From the NCBI GenBank assembly GCA_031441465.1, contig JANOEP010000032.1, positions 1 through 58,309 on the forward strand: a stretch of 58,309 nt of DNA, given 5' to 3'. The position numbers were made by a program, and so were the translations under genes. Below the pieces are notes generated by a model, which saw nothing but the letters and a program-made list of their open reading frames with translations, searched no databases and had not been told where the DNA came from. The stretch is from a bacterium (GTDB taxonomy: Bacteria > Krumholzibacteriota > Krumholzibacteriia > LZORAL124-64-63). Positions 1 through 8,243 of the stretch are shown here, one piece after another. Each line of letters starts with the position of its first letter. Positions within the stretch are counted from its first letter, which is position 1.

Positions 1-339
1 GTGCGCCAGTCCCGGCCAGAGGTCCTCGTTGCCGAAGACCATGAGCACCAGGCCGCGGGCCACGTGGGCGGCATGGACGCGGTGTTCCCCGTCGAGCAGG
101 AAGGCCGAGGCGTCGGGCGCGGCGTCGGCGCCCAGCACGCCGGCCGCGGCCAGTGCGGCCCGCAGACGGGCCACGGCGGCCTCCGGCAGTCCCTGCGGGG
201 CTTCGCCCACGTGCAGCACGAGGCGACCCTGCCCGTCCACGAGCGCCACCCCGCGCACACCCGTGCGCGCGAGCAGGGCGACCGCGGCCGAGTACAGCAG
301 GGTAAAGGCGTCGTCGCGGGTTCGGGTCGGGGCCGTCAC
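1..339 (-). CDS. Roadblock/LC7 (MglB-like) protein, 3' end outside window
   Basis: Not in the ORF track. GGAGG RBS then GTG at 339, open to the window edge: MTAPTRTRDDAFTLLYSAAVALLARTGVRGVALVDGQGRLVLHVG... The 'VALVDxxGRLV' pattern is roadblock-like, and recR-mglB order is known from Myxococcus. Confidence 0.55.
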   Translation of the reverse strand, partial: MTAPTRTRDDAFTLLYSAAVALLARTGVRGVALVDGQGRLVLHVGEAPQGLPEAAVARLRAALAAAGVLGADAAPDASAFLLDGEHRVHAAHVARGLVLMVFGNEDLWPGLAH

Positions 340-434
340 GTCCTACCTCCGGGTACGGGAACGGCGGCGGGTCGCCAACGACCGGCCGCAGGACCGCTGC
401 CCGTGGTATCGGCTGTGGGGGAAAGGGGTTGAGT

Positions 435-1085
435 TCAAAAATCCCTGCGGTACTGGAAGGCCCGGCACAGGGTCGCCTCGTCGGTGTAGGCCAGCGCGCC
501 GCCCACGGGGATGCCCGTGGCGAGGCGGCTGAGCCGCAGGTCGCGCCCGCTGAACATCCGCTGGATGTAGAGGGAGGTGGCCTCGCCTTCGACGCTCGCG
601 TCGAGGGCCAGGATCATCTCGCCGATCCCGTCCTGCTCCACGCGTGCGGCCAATCTGGTGAACGGCAGGTCCTCGGCCCGCACGCCGTCCAGGGGCGAAA
701 GCAGGCGGCCGAGCACGAAGTAACGGCCACGGTAGAAGCCGGCCTTCTCGAAGGGCAGGATGTCCACGGGCGAGGCGACCACGCAGAGCTGGTGCGGCTC
801 GCGCGACGGGGACGTGCAGATGGCGCAGGGGTCGGCCTCGGTGATGGCGCCGCAGCGCCCGCAGTGGCGGACGTTGGCGCGGGCTTCGGCGAGCGCCTCG
901 GCCAGCTCGTGGGGCGTCTCGGCGCCGTCGCGCAGCAGATCCAGGGCGATGCGGGTGGCCGACTTGCGCCCGAGGCCCGGCAAGCGGCTCAAGGCGCGGA
1001 CCAGCCTCTCCAGCGAGGGCGACTGGAACTCGCCGCCTTCGCGTGCCAAGGCGGTGTGCCGGATGGCGGGCGCGGTGCGGTCCAT
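435..1085 (-). CDS. recR: Recombination mediator RecR
   Basis: LPGLGRKSATRIA HhH motif, C4 zinc finger CGRC...CAIC, Toprim LSPLDG/EGEAT; dnaX-ybaB-recR synteny. Confidence 0.97.
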   Translation of the reverse strand: MDRTAPAIRHTALAREGGEFQSPSLERLVRALSRLPGLGRKSATRIALDLLRDGAETPHELAEALAEARANVRHCGRCGAITEADPCAICTSPSREPHQLCVVASPVDILPFEKAGFYRGRYFVLGRLLSPLDGVRAEDLPFTRLAARVEQDGIGEMILALDASVEGEATSLYIQRMFSGRDLRLSRLATGIPVGGALAYTDEATLCRAFQYRRDF

Positions 1086-1088
1086 GGC

Positions 1089-1394
1089 CTACATCCCCGG
1101 CAGCTTCAGGCCGCCGGTCAGGGCGCCCATCTCCTTCTCGACCATCTCGTCGATGCGGCGCACCGCCTCGTTGACCGCGCTCACGACCAGGTCCTGGAGG
1201 AACTCCACATCCTGCGGATCGACGGTCTCGGGCCGGATGGTCAGCGAGACGAGCTGGTGGCGGCCGTTCATCACGGCGACGACCTGGCCCCCGGCGACCT
1301 CGGCCGCAACCTCGCGCAGGGCGAGCTGCTCCTGTGTCTCCTGCATCTGCTTCTGCATCTGCTGGGCCTGCTTCATCAGGGCGCGCATGTCCAT
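1089..1394 (-). CDS. ybaB: YbaB/EbfC nucleoid-associated protein
   Basis: MDMRALMKQAQQMQ...DVEFLQDLVVSAVNEA...LTGGLKLPGM; AGGAG RBS upstream. Confidence 0.96.
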   Translation of the reverse strand: MDMRALMKQAQQMQKQMQETQEQLALREVAAEVAGGQVVAVMNGRHQLVSLTIRPETVDPQDVEFLQDLVVSAVNEAVRRIDEMVEKEMGALTGGLKLPGM

Positions 1395-1432
1395 GGTATC
1401 TCCTCGCGCCGGCGCGCGGCCGGGCGTCTTGG

Positions 1433-3241
1433 TCAGTCCTCGCGCTTGGCGGCTCCGCCCCGGTCGGGCGCGGTGTGCCAGCTGTCGCGATCCGCTTCGG
1501 GCACGACTTCGGCGTCGAGCCGCCGCACCAGGTTGTCCAGGGCCGCATCGCCGCCGCAGGCGCGTTGCAGCGCTTCGTGCTCGGTGGGCGCCACGCTGCG
1601 GCGCAGCTCCTCGCGGTGCTCGCGTCGGGTCGAATCGGCGCCCGAGACCAGGTTCAGGACGATGTCGCGGCCGAGCAGTTCCCGCGCGAGTTCCTGCAGG
1701 CGCGGCAGGTCCTTCTGGATCAGCTGCAGCTGGAACTGCTTCTCCACGGGGAAGGACAGCACGATGCGCCCGTCCTCTTCGGCCGGGATGCCTTCCATGA
1801 TGCAGGAACCGAGCGCCGGCTGGCGGCCCAGCAACGTCTCGATGAACGCCGTCCAGCCGTCGACGGTGGTGGCGGCGGCGACCGTCGCCGCGTCGCGGAC
1901 CTGGGAGGCGCCGTGATCCCGCACCGCCGCCTGGTCGCGGGGGACGACCGTCGCCGTCGCGGCGCCCGGATCGCGCTCGGCGCTCCGGCCCCGCGGCTCC
2001 ACGCGCGCGGCCTGCACGGCGGACGGTTTGGCGGCGGGGGCCGGCCGTCCCGCGCCGGCGACGCGTCCGGCATCCCGGCCGCCGCCGCCGCCGGTCAGCG
2101 GATTTCCGGTCAGGGCTTCCAGGCGGCGCACGAGATCCGACAGCACGACCCGCGACTCCAGCAGGACCAGCTCGACGAGCAGGGCCTCGAGCAGCACCCG
2201 GGGCTGGCCGCTGCGGTGGATGCGCTCGAAACCGCGGCTGGCGCGGTCGAGCAGGGCCAGCAGATCCTGGGGCGCGAAGTGCTCGGCTTGCCGGCGCAGG
2301 ATCTCGATCTGATCCTCGGGCAGGCTGATGCCCGCCGCGAGCGCGGGGTCGATGCGCAGCAGCAGCAGGTTGCGGAAGTTGTCGACCAGGCTGTGCGCGA
2401 AGTCGTCGAGGCTCTGCCCGCCGGCGGCCACGCTGTCGGCCAGGCGCAGCGCGCGGCCGGGATCCCGCGCCATGACCGCCTCGTTCAATTCGATCGCCAC
2501 CTCGCAGCGCACCAGCCCGAACAGGTCCACCACGGCCTGCTCGTCGATCCGCTCGGGGCACGCGGCCAGGACCTGGTCCAGGATGCTCAGGGCGTCGCGC
2601 ATGGACCCTTCGGCCTGCGCCACGACCAGCCGCAGGGCGCCGGGCTCGAGCTGGACGCCTTCCTCGGCCGCGATCGCGGTCAGGCGCGCGGACAGCTCGT
2701 CGCGCGACAGCAGGCGGAAATCGAAACGCTGGCAGCGCGAGAGGATCGTGCGCGGGATCTTGACGGGCTCGGTCGTCGCGAAGAAGAAGAAGACGCGGGC
2801 CGGCGGCTCTTCGAGGATCTTCAACAGCGCGTTGAAGGCCCCCTTCGAGAGCATGTGGACCTCGTCGATGATGAAGACCCGGCTCGCCCCGGGGCTGGGC
2901 GTGTACTGGGCCATGTCGCGCAGTTCGCGGACGTTGTCCACACCGGTGTGGCTGGCGGCGTCGATCTCCAGCACGTCCAGCGACGAGCCGGCGGCGACCG
3001 CCGTGCAGGCCTCGCAGGCCCCGCACGGCTCGTCCTTGACGCCGGCGGTGCAGTTCAGGGCCTTCGCCAGCAGGCGGGCCACGGTGGTCTTGCCGCAACC
3101 GCGGGGGCCGGAGAACAGGTAGGCGTGGGCGAGCTTGTCGCGGCGCAACGCCGCGCGCAGCGTGCGCGTGACGTGTTCCTGGCCCACCATCGCTTCGAAG
3201 GTCGCGGGGCGGTATTTGCGGGCCAGCGCGTGGTAGGACAT
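1433..3241 (-). CDS. dnaX: DNA polymerase III subunit gamma/tau
   Basis: MSYHALARKYRP, Walker A GPRGCGKTT, IDEVHML, SRC motif. Confidence 0.97.
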   Translation of the reverse strand: MSYHALARKYRPATFEAMVGQEHVTRTLRAALRRDKLAHAYLFSGPRGCGKTTVARLLAKALNCTAGVKDEPCGACEACTAVAAGSSLDVLEIDAASHTGVDNVRELRDMAQYTPSPGASRVFIIDEVHMLSKGAFNALLKILEEPPARVFFFFATTEPVKIPRTILSRCQRFDFRLLSRDELSARLTAIAAEEGVQLEPGALRLVVAQAEGSMRDALSILDQVLAACPERIDEQAVVDLFGLVRCEVAIELNEAVMARDPGRALRLADSVAAGGQSLDDFAHSLVDNFRNLLLLRIDPALAAGISLPEDQIEILRRQAEHFAPQDLLALLDRASRGFERIHRSGQPRVLLEALLVELVLLESRVVLSDLVRRLEALTGNPLTGGGGGRDAGRVAGAGRPAPAAKPSAVQAARVEPRGRSAERDPGAATATVVPRDQAAVRDHGASQVRDAATVAAATTVDGWTAFIETLLGRQPALGSCIMEGIPAEEDGRIVLSFPVEKQFQLQLIQKDLPRLQELARELLGRDIVLNLVSGADSTRREHREELRRSVAPTEHEALQRACGGDAALDNLVRRLDAEVVPEADRDSWHTAPDRGGAAKRED

Positions 3242-3274
3242 GGCACCTTCGTGGAGAAGGATATGTCGGGGGAA

Positions 3275-3377
3275 GGTGGGCCAGGCTGGCGGCGCACACG
3301 ACAGCTTCCGCGTACCGCTGCTACTTTCCAGTCCTGACGGGGTTAGCTCACCGGCGTCGCACCGGGCCTGGCCCATC
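3275..3377 (-). ncRNA. ffs: Signal recognition particle RNA (small, 4.5S type)
   Basis: Minus strand has CCGTCAGG-ACT-GGAA-AGT-AGCAGCGG (helix 8 core with GGAA tetraloop), closed by terminal stem TGGGCCAGGC/GCCTGGCCCA; classic position upstream of dnaX. Confidence 0.92.
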
Positions 3378-3425
3378 GAGTCGATCGGGGTTCCTTCCCC
3401 AGTGATCCGAGACCGTGAGAAAAGG

Positions 3426-3501
3426 TGGTGGAGATGATCGGGTTCGAACCGACGACCCCTACGTTGCGAACGTAGTGCTCTCCCAGCTGAGCTACATCCC
3501 C
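3426..3501 (-). tRNA. tRNA-Ala(CGC)
   Basis: Cloverleaf, anticodon arm CTACG-TT CGC AA-CGTAG, G3:U70 pair, encoded CCA. Confidence 0.97.
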
Positions 3502-3562
3502 ACCCAATTTGTGATCCCGTAGCCGGCGCTCGTCGCGCCGTCGAACGTCTTCGCGGCGATCA

Positions 3563-3652
3563 TGGCGGAGAGGCAGGGATTCGAACCCTGGGAACACTTG
3601 CGTGTTCAACGGTTTTCGAGACCGCCCCGTTCAACCGCTCCGGCACCTCTCC
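3563..3652 (-). tRNA. tRNA-Ser(CGA)
   Basis: Anticodon loop CT CGA AA, long variable arm, G73 and CCA. Confidence 0.97.
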
Positions 3653-3668
3653 GCCTCGACCGCGATCA

Positions 3669-3756
3669 TGGCGGAGAGTCAGGGATTCGAACCCTGGGTA
3701 CCTTGCGGTACACACGATTTCCAGTCGTGCCGATTCGACCGCTCTCGCAACTCTCC
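3669..3756 (-). tRNA. tRNA-Ser(GGA)
   Basis: Anticodon loop CT GGA AA, long variable arm, G73 and CCA. Confidence 0.97.
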
Positions 3757-3777
3757 GCTCGATTCAATGCGGCGGGC

Positions 3778-3806
3778 AATATAGCACGGACCAGGACTGA
3801 AATCAA
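3778..3806 (-). promoter_or_regulatory. sigma70 promoter of the tRNA-Ser/Ser/Ala-ffs-dnaX unit
   Basis: TTGATT-N17-TATATT just upstream of tRNA-Ser(GGA). Confidence 0.65.
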
Positions 3807-3836
3807 CTCGCGCCCCGGCACCGGATTCCCGGTTTT

Positions 3837-4328
3837 TCAGCCCTGCGCGCCGTCACGGACACGCAACCGCCGGAAGAAATCCCGCAGCAGGTCCGCGCAC
3901 TCAGCTTCGAGCACGCCGCCGAGAACGTCGAAAGCGAGCCGGTAGGGGTTGGTCTCCAACAGGCGCGCCGTCGAGACGAGGGCCCCGGCCCGGGGATCGG
4001 TCGCCCCGTAGACGATCCACCGTGGTCGCCCGAGCAGGACGGCGCCGGCGCACATCGTGCACGGCTCGAGCGTCGTGTAGAGCGTGCATTCGTCCAGTCG
4101 CCAGTCGCCCAGCGCCGCCGCGGCGGCTCCGAGCGCCAGGATTTCCGCATGGGCCGTCGGGTCCTTGAGCACCTCGACCTGGTTGCGGCCGCGGCCGATG
4201 ATCCGGTCCTGGTGCACGACGACCGCCCCCACGGGCACGTCCCCGGCCTCGCCGGCGGCGCGGGCCTCGGCCAGGGCAAGACGCATCCAGCGCTCGTGGC
4301 TGCTGAAAGGGCCGGAGTCCAGATCCAT
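3837..4328 (-). CDS. tadA: tRNA adenosine(34) deaminase
   Basis: DVPVGAV, DPTAHAE, TLEPCTMCAGA motifs. Confidence 0.93.
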   Translation of the reverse strand: MDLDSGPFSSHERWMRLALAEARAAGEAGDVPVGAVVVHQDRIIGRGRNQVEVLKDPTAHAEILALGAAAAALGDWRLDECTLYTTLEPCTMCAGAVLLGRPRWIVYGATDPRAGALVSTARLLETNPYRLAFDVLGGVLEAECADLLRDFFRRLRVRDGAQG

Positions 4329-4396
4329 CTGTCTTGATCCCCGCCTCTGCGTGCGAGCCGTCAGAAAGCGACCCGCCGGCGGCGGGTCCAACGTCG

Positions 4397-4473
4397 TGGC
4401 GCGCCCAGGAGGATTCGAACCCCCAACCTTCTAATCCGTAGTCAGATGCTCTATCCAATTGAGCTATGGGCGC
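4397..4473 (-). tRNA. tRNA-Arg(ACG), copy 1
   Basis: 77-nt cloverleaf, loop CT ACG GA, ends GCCA. Confidence 0.97.
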
Positions 4474-4482
4474 GACGGCGGC

Positions 4483-4511
4483 AATATACCATTCCTTCCG
4501 AACCCGGGCAA
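4483..4511 (-). promoter_or_regulatory. sigma70 promoter of tRNA-Arg-tadA
   Basis: TTGCCC-N17-TATATT with an extended TG. Confidence 0.65.
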
Positions 4512-4599
4512 GACGACCCGAAGCGCGCCAAGCCGCCGGAGCACTCCACATTTTCTCCATGATATTTATTTGACAGGACCGGGGAGCGGTCGCACGTTC

Positions 4600-4626
4600 G
4601 TGTTACGTATAACACATTCGTAATAC
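4600..4626. promoter_or_regulatory. Putative NikR operator
   Basis: GTGTTAC-N13-GTAATAC inverted repeat 17 nt before the first gene of an operon that ends in nikR; TTGACA at 4570-4575. Confidence 0.75.
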
Positions 4627-4643
4627 TTTGAAAGGGACCCACC

Positions 4644-5096
4644 ATGAACCGCCTCCATCTTAAAACCGTCATCCTGACCGCGCTGCTGCTGACCGTCACG
4701 TACCTGCCCGCCGGCGTCGAGGCCCACGGCCTCGACCATGCCGTCACCACCGATCGCGCCGTGATCGTGACGATGACCCACGACGACGGCACACCCTTCT
4801 CCTTCGAGTCCTGCGAGATCACGCCGCCCGCACAGGGCACCCCTTGGCAGGTCGGCCGCACCGACCGGCTCGGCCGCATCGCGTTCCTGCCGGACCGCCC
4901 TGGAGACTGGAACGTGCGCGTCGTGTCCGAGGACGGCCACGGCGCCGACCTGACGGTGTCGATTGACACCGGGCTGCTGCCCGGCGGCGGGCCGTCGGCC
5001 GGCCCGTCCCGCTTCGCCAAGATCCTGACCGGAGTGTCCGTCCTGTTCGGCGCCTTCGGCGCGGCGTCCCTCTACGTCTCCAGGAGGAAGTCGTGA
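4644..5096 (+). CDS. Nickel ECF transporter accessory protein (NikL/CbiL-like), exported with C-terminal TM helix
   Basis: Signal peptide ending VEA|HG, GRTDRLGRIAFLPD, DGHG motif, C-terminal hydrophobic helix; operon context. Confidence 0.75.
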   Translation: MNRLHLKTVILTALLLTVTYLPAGVEAHGLDHAVTTDRAVIVTMTHDDGTPFSFESCEITPPAQGTPWQVGRTDRLGRIAFLPDRPGDWNVRVVSEDGHGADLTVSIDTGLLPGGGPSAGPSRFAKILTGVSVLFGAFGAASLYVSRRKS

Positions 5097-5364
5097 GCCG
5101 CCCCCGCGCCGCCTGGCCGGCCTACGTCAAGCTCGATCAACCGACGTTTGGGACCTTCACGCCGAATGCGACAGCGAAAGGGAACGCAGTACCTTCATGA
5201 TGTCCGGCCTCGGACACGGCCTGCGCCTCACCCGCGGCACCACGAGCCTGGGACTGGGCTGGAAGGCGCCGGTCTGGACCGACCTCAACGAGGACGCCCT
5301 GCAGCAGGGCGCCGAGGGCAAGGAACAGGGCCGGCTGATCGCGACCCTGTCCTGCCTGTTCTGA
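5093..5364 (+). pseudogene. Probable remnant of an outer-membrane barrel/transporter gene
   Basis: Two short offset frames (5093-5200 and 5197-5364). The second has coding-like codon usage and ends WTDLNEDALQQGAEGKEQGRLIATLSCLF*, a beta-strand with terminal Phe. No signal peptide, far too short for a barrel. Confidence 0.45.
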
Positions 5365-5386
5365 TCGCCGGCGAACAGGAGCGGCC

Positions 5387-6055
5387 ATGCACGTGCCCGA
5401 CGGATTCCTGGGACCCCAGACCTACCTGCCCGCCTACGGCGTCGCCGGCGTGATGTGGGCGGCCGGGCTGCGGCGCCTGCGCGCCGATCTCGACGCGGCG
5501 ACCCTGCCTCGCCTCGCGGTGGTCACCGCGGCGGCCTTCGTGCTGATGATGATCACCGTGCCGCTGCCGGGCGGCACGACGGTCCATGTCGCGGGCATCG
5601 GCATGCTCGCGGTCCTGTTCGGCGTCTGGAACGCCTTCCTGTCCCTGTCGCTGGTCTTCCTGCTGCAGGCGCTGCTGTTCGGGGACGGCGGCGTGACGGC
5701 GCTGCCTGTCAACGCCCTGGCGATGGGACTCGTCGGCAGCCTGGCCGCGGTCGGCGCGTACCGACTGTTGCGACGGGTGAATCGCGACGCCGCCCTGTTC
5801 GCCGCGGGCTGGTCCGGCACCGTGGCCGCCGCGCTGGTCGTCGCCGGTGTGCTCGGACTGCAGCCCCAGCTCTCCCGGGCACCCGACGGGTCGCCGCTGT
5901 TCTTCCCCTTCGGCTGGAAGACCACGCTGCCGGCCGTGGTCATCCCGCACCTGGTGGTCGGCGTGGCGGACGGCGTCCTCGCTCTGCTGGCCGGGCGCTT
6001 CCTGGCGCCGCGATCCGCACCCGCGCGATCTGCTGAGCGACCGGGGACGCCGTGA
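5387..6055 (+). CDS. nikM: ECF nickel/cobalt transporter S component (NikM/CbiM)
   Basis: N-terminal MHVPDG metal-binding motif, GGTTVH, QALLFGDGG. Confidence 0.9.
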   Translation: MHVPDGFLGPQTYLPAYGVAGVMWAAGLRRLRADLDAATLPRLAVVTAAAFVLMMITVPLPGGTTVHVAGIGMLAVLFGVWNAFLSLSLVFLLQALLFGDGGVTALPVNALAMGLVGSLAAVGAYRLLRRVNRDAALFAAGWSGTVAAALVVAGVLGLQPQLSRAPDGSPLFFPFGWKTTLPAVVIPHLVVGVADGVLALLAGRFLAPRSAPARSAERPGTP

Positions 6056-6609
6056 GGGACCGCCTGCTGCTGCTGCTCTACCTGGGCGCGATCGTGGCCG
6101 CGACGTTCGTGCACGATCCCGCCCGGCTCGCCGCCGCGCTGGCCGTGGTCCTGCTCGTGTCCGGCACACGGGCGCCAAGGGTGCTGGGCCGGGCGCTGCG
6201 CGCCGCGGCCCCTTTCGCCGCGGCGGTTTCGCTGGGCTGGCTGGCGGCCGCGTGGTGGGAACAGCGCCCGGCCGGCGCCGCGCTGCTGCGGCTGAACCTG
6301 CGCGTGCTGCTGATGACCTGCTTGACCTTCGCGCTGGCCGCCCGTATCGATCTGCAACGGGCGCTGGGCTTCTCGCGCACGTTGCGCTTCGCGCTGGTGC
6401 TGACCGTCAGCCAGGTGCTGACCTTCCGGCGGCTCTACGCGGACTTCCGCCTGGCCCTGCGCTGCCGCTCGCCGCGGCGCGCCTCGACGGTCACGGAATT
6501 GCGCCACGGCGCGGCGGCCGGCGCCTGGTTCCTGCGGCGCGCCGAGCACGACGCCGCCGAGATCGCCCAAGCCCTGGACGCACGGGGGTTCTTCCTTGAT
6601 CAGCGTTGA
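6052..6609 (+). CDS. ECF transporter T component (NikQ/CbiQ-like, short)
   Basis: Hydrophobic, LRCR and ALDARGF coupling motifs, overlaps both neighbours. Confidence 0.8.
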   Translation: MRDRLLLLLYLGAIVAATFVHDPARLAAALAVVLLVSGTRAPRVLGRALRAAAPFAAAVSLGWLAAAWWEQRPAGAALLRLNLRVLLMTCLTFALAARIDLQRALGFSRTLRFALVLTVSQVLTFRRLYADFRLALRCRSPRRASTVTELRHGAAAGAWFLRRAEHDAAEIAQALDARGFFLDQR

Positions 6610-7369
6610 ACGGTTGGGCCACGCCTACGACGGCGCCGAGACCCTGCGCGACGTCTCGTTCCGCCTCGGGGTCGGCGAGAAGGTCGTGCTGCTCGGCTGC
6701 AACGGCTGCGGGAAGTCGACGCTGCTGAAGATCCTCGCCGGTCTCGTGCACCCTTCAGCCGGCGAGTACAGCTACGACGGCCGCCCGGTCGATCCCGCGG
6801 CCCTGCGCGACCCGTCGTTCCGCCGCCGTTTCCGCGCCGAGGTCGGCCTGCTCTTCCAGCACACCGACGCCATGCTCTTCAACCCGACCGTCCGCGACGA
6901 GATCGCCTTCGGACCGCGCCAGCACGGGCTGGCCGACGCGGACGCGCGGGTCGCGCGCTGGTCGGCGGCCCTGGGCGTCGCGGCTCTGCTCGACCGCGCG
7001 CCGTGGACGCTCAGCGCGGGCCAAAAGCAGCTGGTCTGCCTGGCGTCCCTGCTCGTGCTCGAGCCGCGGCTGCTGCTGCTGGACGAGCCCACCGCCGCAC
7101 TGGACCCCCGCTCGACCGGTTGGCTGGTGGACTTCCTGCAGGACCTCGGCCAGACTCTGCTGGTGACCACGCACAACCTGTCGCTGGCGCCGGAGCTGGG
7201 TTCGCGCTGCCTCGTGCTGGGCGAAGACCACACGCTGCTGCACGACGGCGGGATGGACGACCTGGCCGGCGACCTGGACCTGCTGCGCCGCGCGAACCTC
7301 GTGCACGGGCACCGCCACCATCACGGCGGCCACGAGCACCGGCACGACCACACCCACGACTGGGACTGA
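6596..7369 (+). CDS. nikO: ECF transporter ATPase (NikO/CbiO) with His-rich tail
   Basis: GCNGCGKST, LSAGQ, LLLLDEPT; C-terminus HGHRHHHGGHEHRHDHTHDWD. Confidence 0.9.
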   Translation: MISVERLGHAYDGAETLRDVSFRLGVGEKVVLLGCNGCGKSTLLKILAGLVHPSAGEYSYDGRPVDPAALRDPSFRRRFRAEVGLLFQHTDAMLFNPTVRDEIAFGPRQHGLADADARVARWSAALGVAALLDRAPWTLSAGQKQLVCLASLLVLEPRLLLLDEPTAALDPRSTGWLVDFLQDLGQTLLVTTHNLSLAPELGSRCLVLGEDHTLLHDGGMDDLAGDLDLLRRANLVHGHRHHHGGHEHRHDHTHDWD

Positions 7370-7372
7370 ACC

Positions 7373-7792
7373 ATGACCAGCAACGAGACCATCCGCTTCT
7401 CGGTGTCGCTGCCCGCGACGCTGCTCGCGGAACTGGATCGGCGCATCGTCGGCCGCGGCTACGAGTCGCGCTCGGAGTTCGTGCGCGACCTGATCCGCGC
7501 CCGCCTGGTCGAGGAAGCGTGGGCCGGCGCCGACAGCGAGGTGCACGGTGCCCTCACCATCGTCTACGACCACCACCGCCGCGGCCTCACCGACAAGCTC
7601 CACAAGATCCAGCACAACCGGTTCGTGCACATCCTCTGCACGCAGCACGTGCACCTGGACCACGACCACTGCCTCGAGACCATCGTGCTGCGCGGCACGC
7701 CGGGCGAGATCGAACGCATGGCGCTGGAGATCGGCGGACTCAAGGGCGTGAGCTTCGCGGAGCTGGCACGCACGGCCGTCGTCGAGGACTGA
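7373..7792 (+). CDS. nikR: Nickel-responsive regulator NikR
   Basis: RFSVSL ribbon, SRSEFVRDLIR, YDHH, HVHLDHDHCLE. Confidence 0.96.
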   Translation: MTSNETIRFSVSLPATLLAELDRRIVGRGYESRSEFVRDLIRARLVEEAWAGADSEVHGALTIVYDHHRRGLTDKLHKIQHNRFVHILCTQHVHLDHDHCLETIVLRGTPGEIERMALEIGGLKGVSFAELARTAVVED

Positions 7793-7816
7793 CGCCGTGG
7801 AGGGACGTGGACGGAC

Positions 7817-7850
7817 GAAGGCCCCGCCGCTTCAGTGCGACGGGGCCTTC
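7817..7850. terminator. Hairpin between convergent nikR and tRNA-Arg
   Basis: GAAGGCCCCG...CGGGGCCTTC inverted repeat. Confidence 0.6.
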
Positions 7851-7854
7851 GAGG

Positions 7855-7931
7855 TGGTACGCCCAGGAGGATTCGAACCCCCAACCTTCTAATCCGTAGT
7901 CAGACGCTCTATCCAATTGAGCTATGGGCGC
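7855..7931 (-). tRNA. tRNA-Arg(ACG), copy 2
   Basis: 77 nt; differs from copy 1 at three positions; ends ACCA. Confidence 0.97.
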
Positions 7932-7944
7932 GCCAACAGGGGTC

Positions 7945-8032
<88 letters not shown>

Positions 8033-8044
8033 CGCCTGTGATCC

Positions 8045-8131
8045 TGGCGGAGGGCGGGGGATTCGAACCCCCAGGGGATCGCTCCCGGCGGTTTTCAAGA
8101 CCGCTGCCTTACCAGTTAGGACTAGCCCTCC
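8045..8131 (-). tRNA. tRNA-Ser(TGA)
   Basis: Loop CT TGA AA, long variable arm, G73 and CCA. Confidence 0.95.
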
Positions 8132-8208
8132 GGCTGCCGTGCCATCCACAAGACGTCCGGCGCCGGGGCCCGCCCCGACGGCAGCGCCCTGAGGCGCCGC
8201 GGACCAGG

Positions 8209-8237
8209 ACGTTACGACCTCCCCCCCGGTTTGTCAA
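8209..8237 (-). promoter_or_regulatory. sigma70 promoter of tRNA-Ser/Ser/Arg
   Basis: TTGACA-N17-TAACGT. Confidence 0.7.
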
Positions 8238-8243
8238 GGAGCC

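Noticed and set aside
1433..3241. Programmed frameshift or slippage site in dnaX
   Set aside because: No A-AAA-AAG or poly-A tract seen in the coding strand.
3275..3377. SRP RNA helix-8 deviation (ACT/AGT instead of TCC/GGA) as a novel RNA
   Set aside because: The changes are compensatory and keep the canonical structure.
8045..8131. tRNA with TGA read as selenocysteine or suppressor tRNA
   Set aside because: TGA is the anticodon, decoding UCA serine; tRNA-Sec would have anticodon TCA and a longer acceptor stem.
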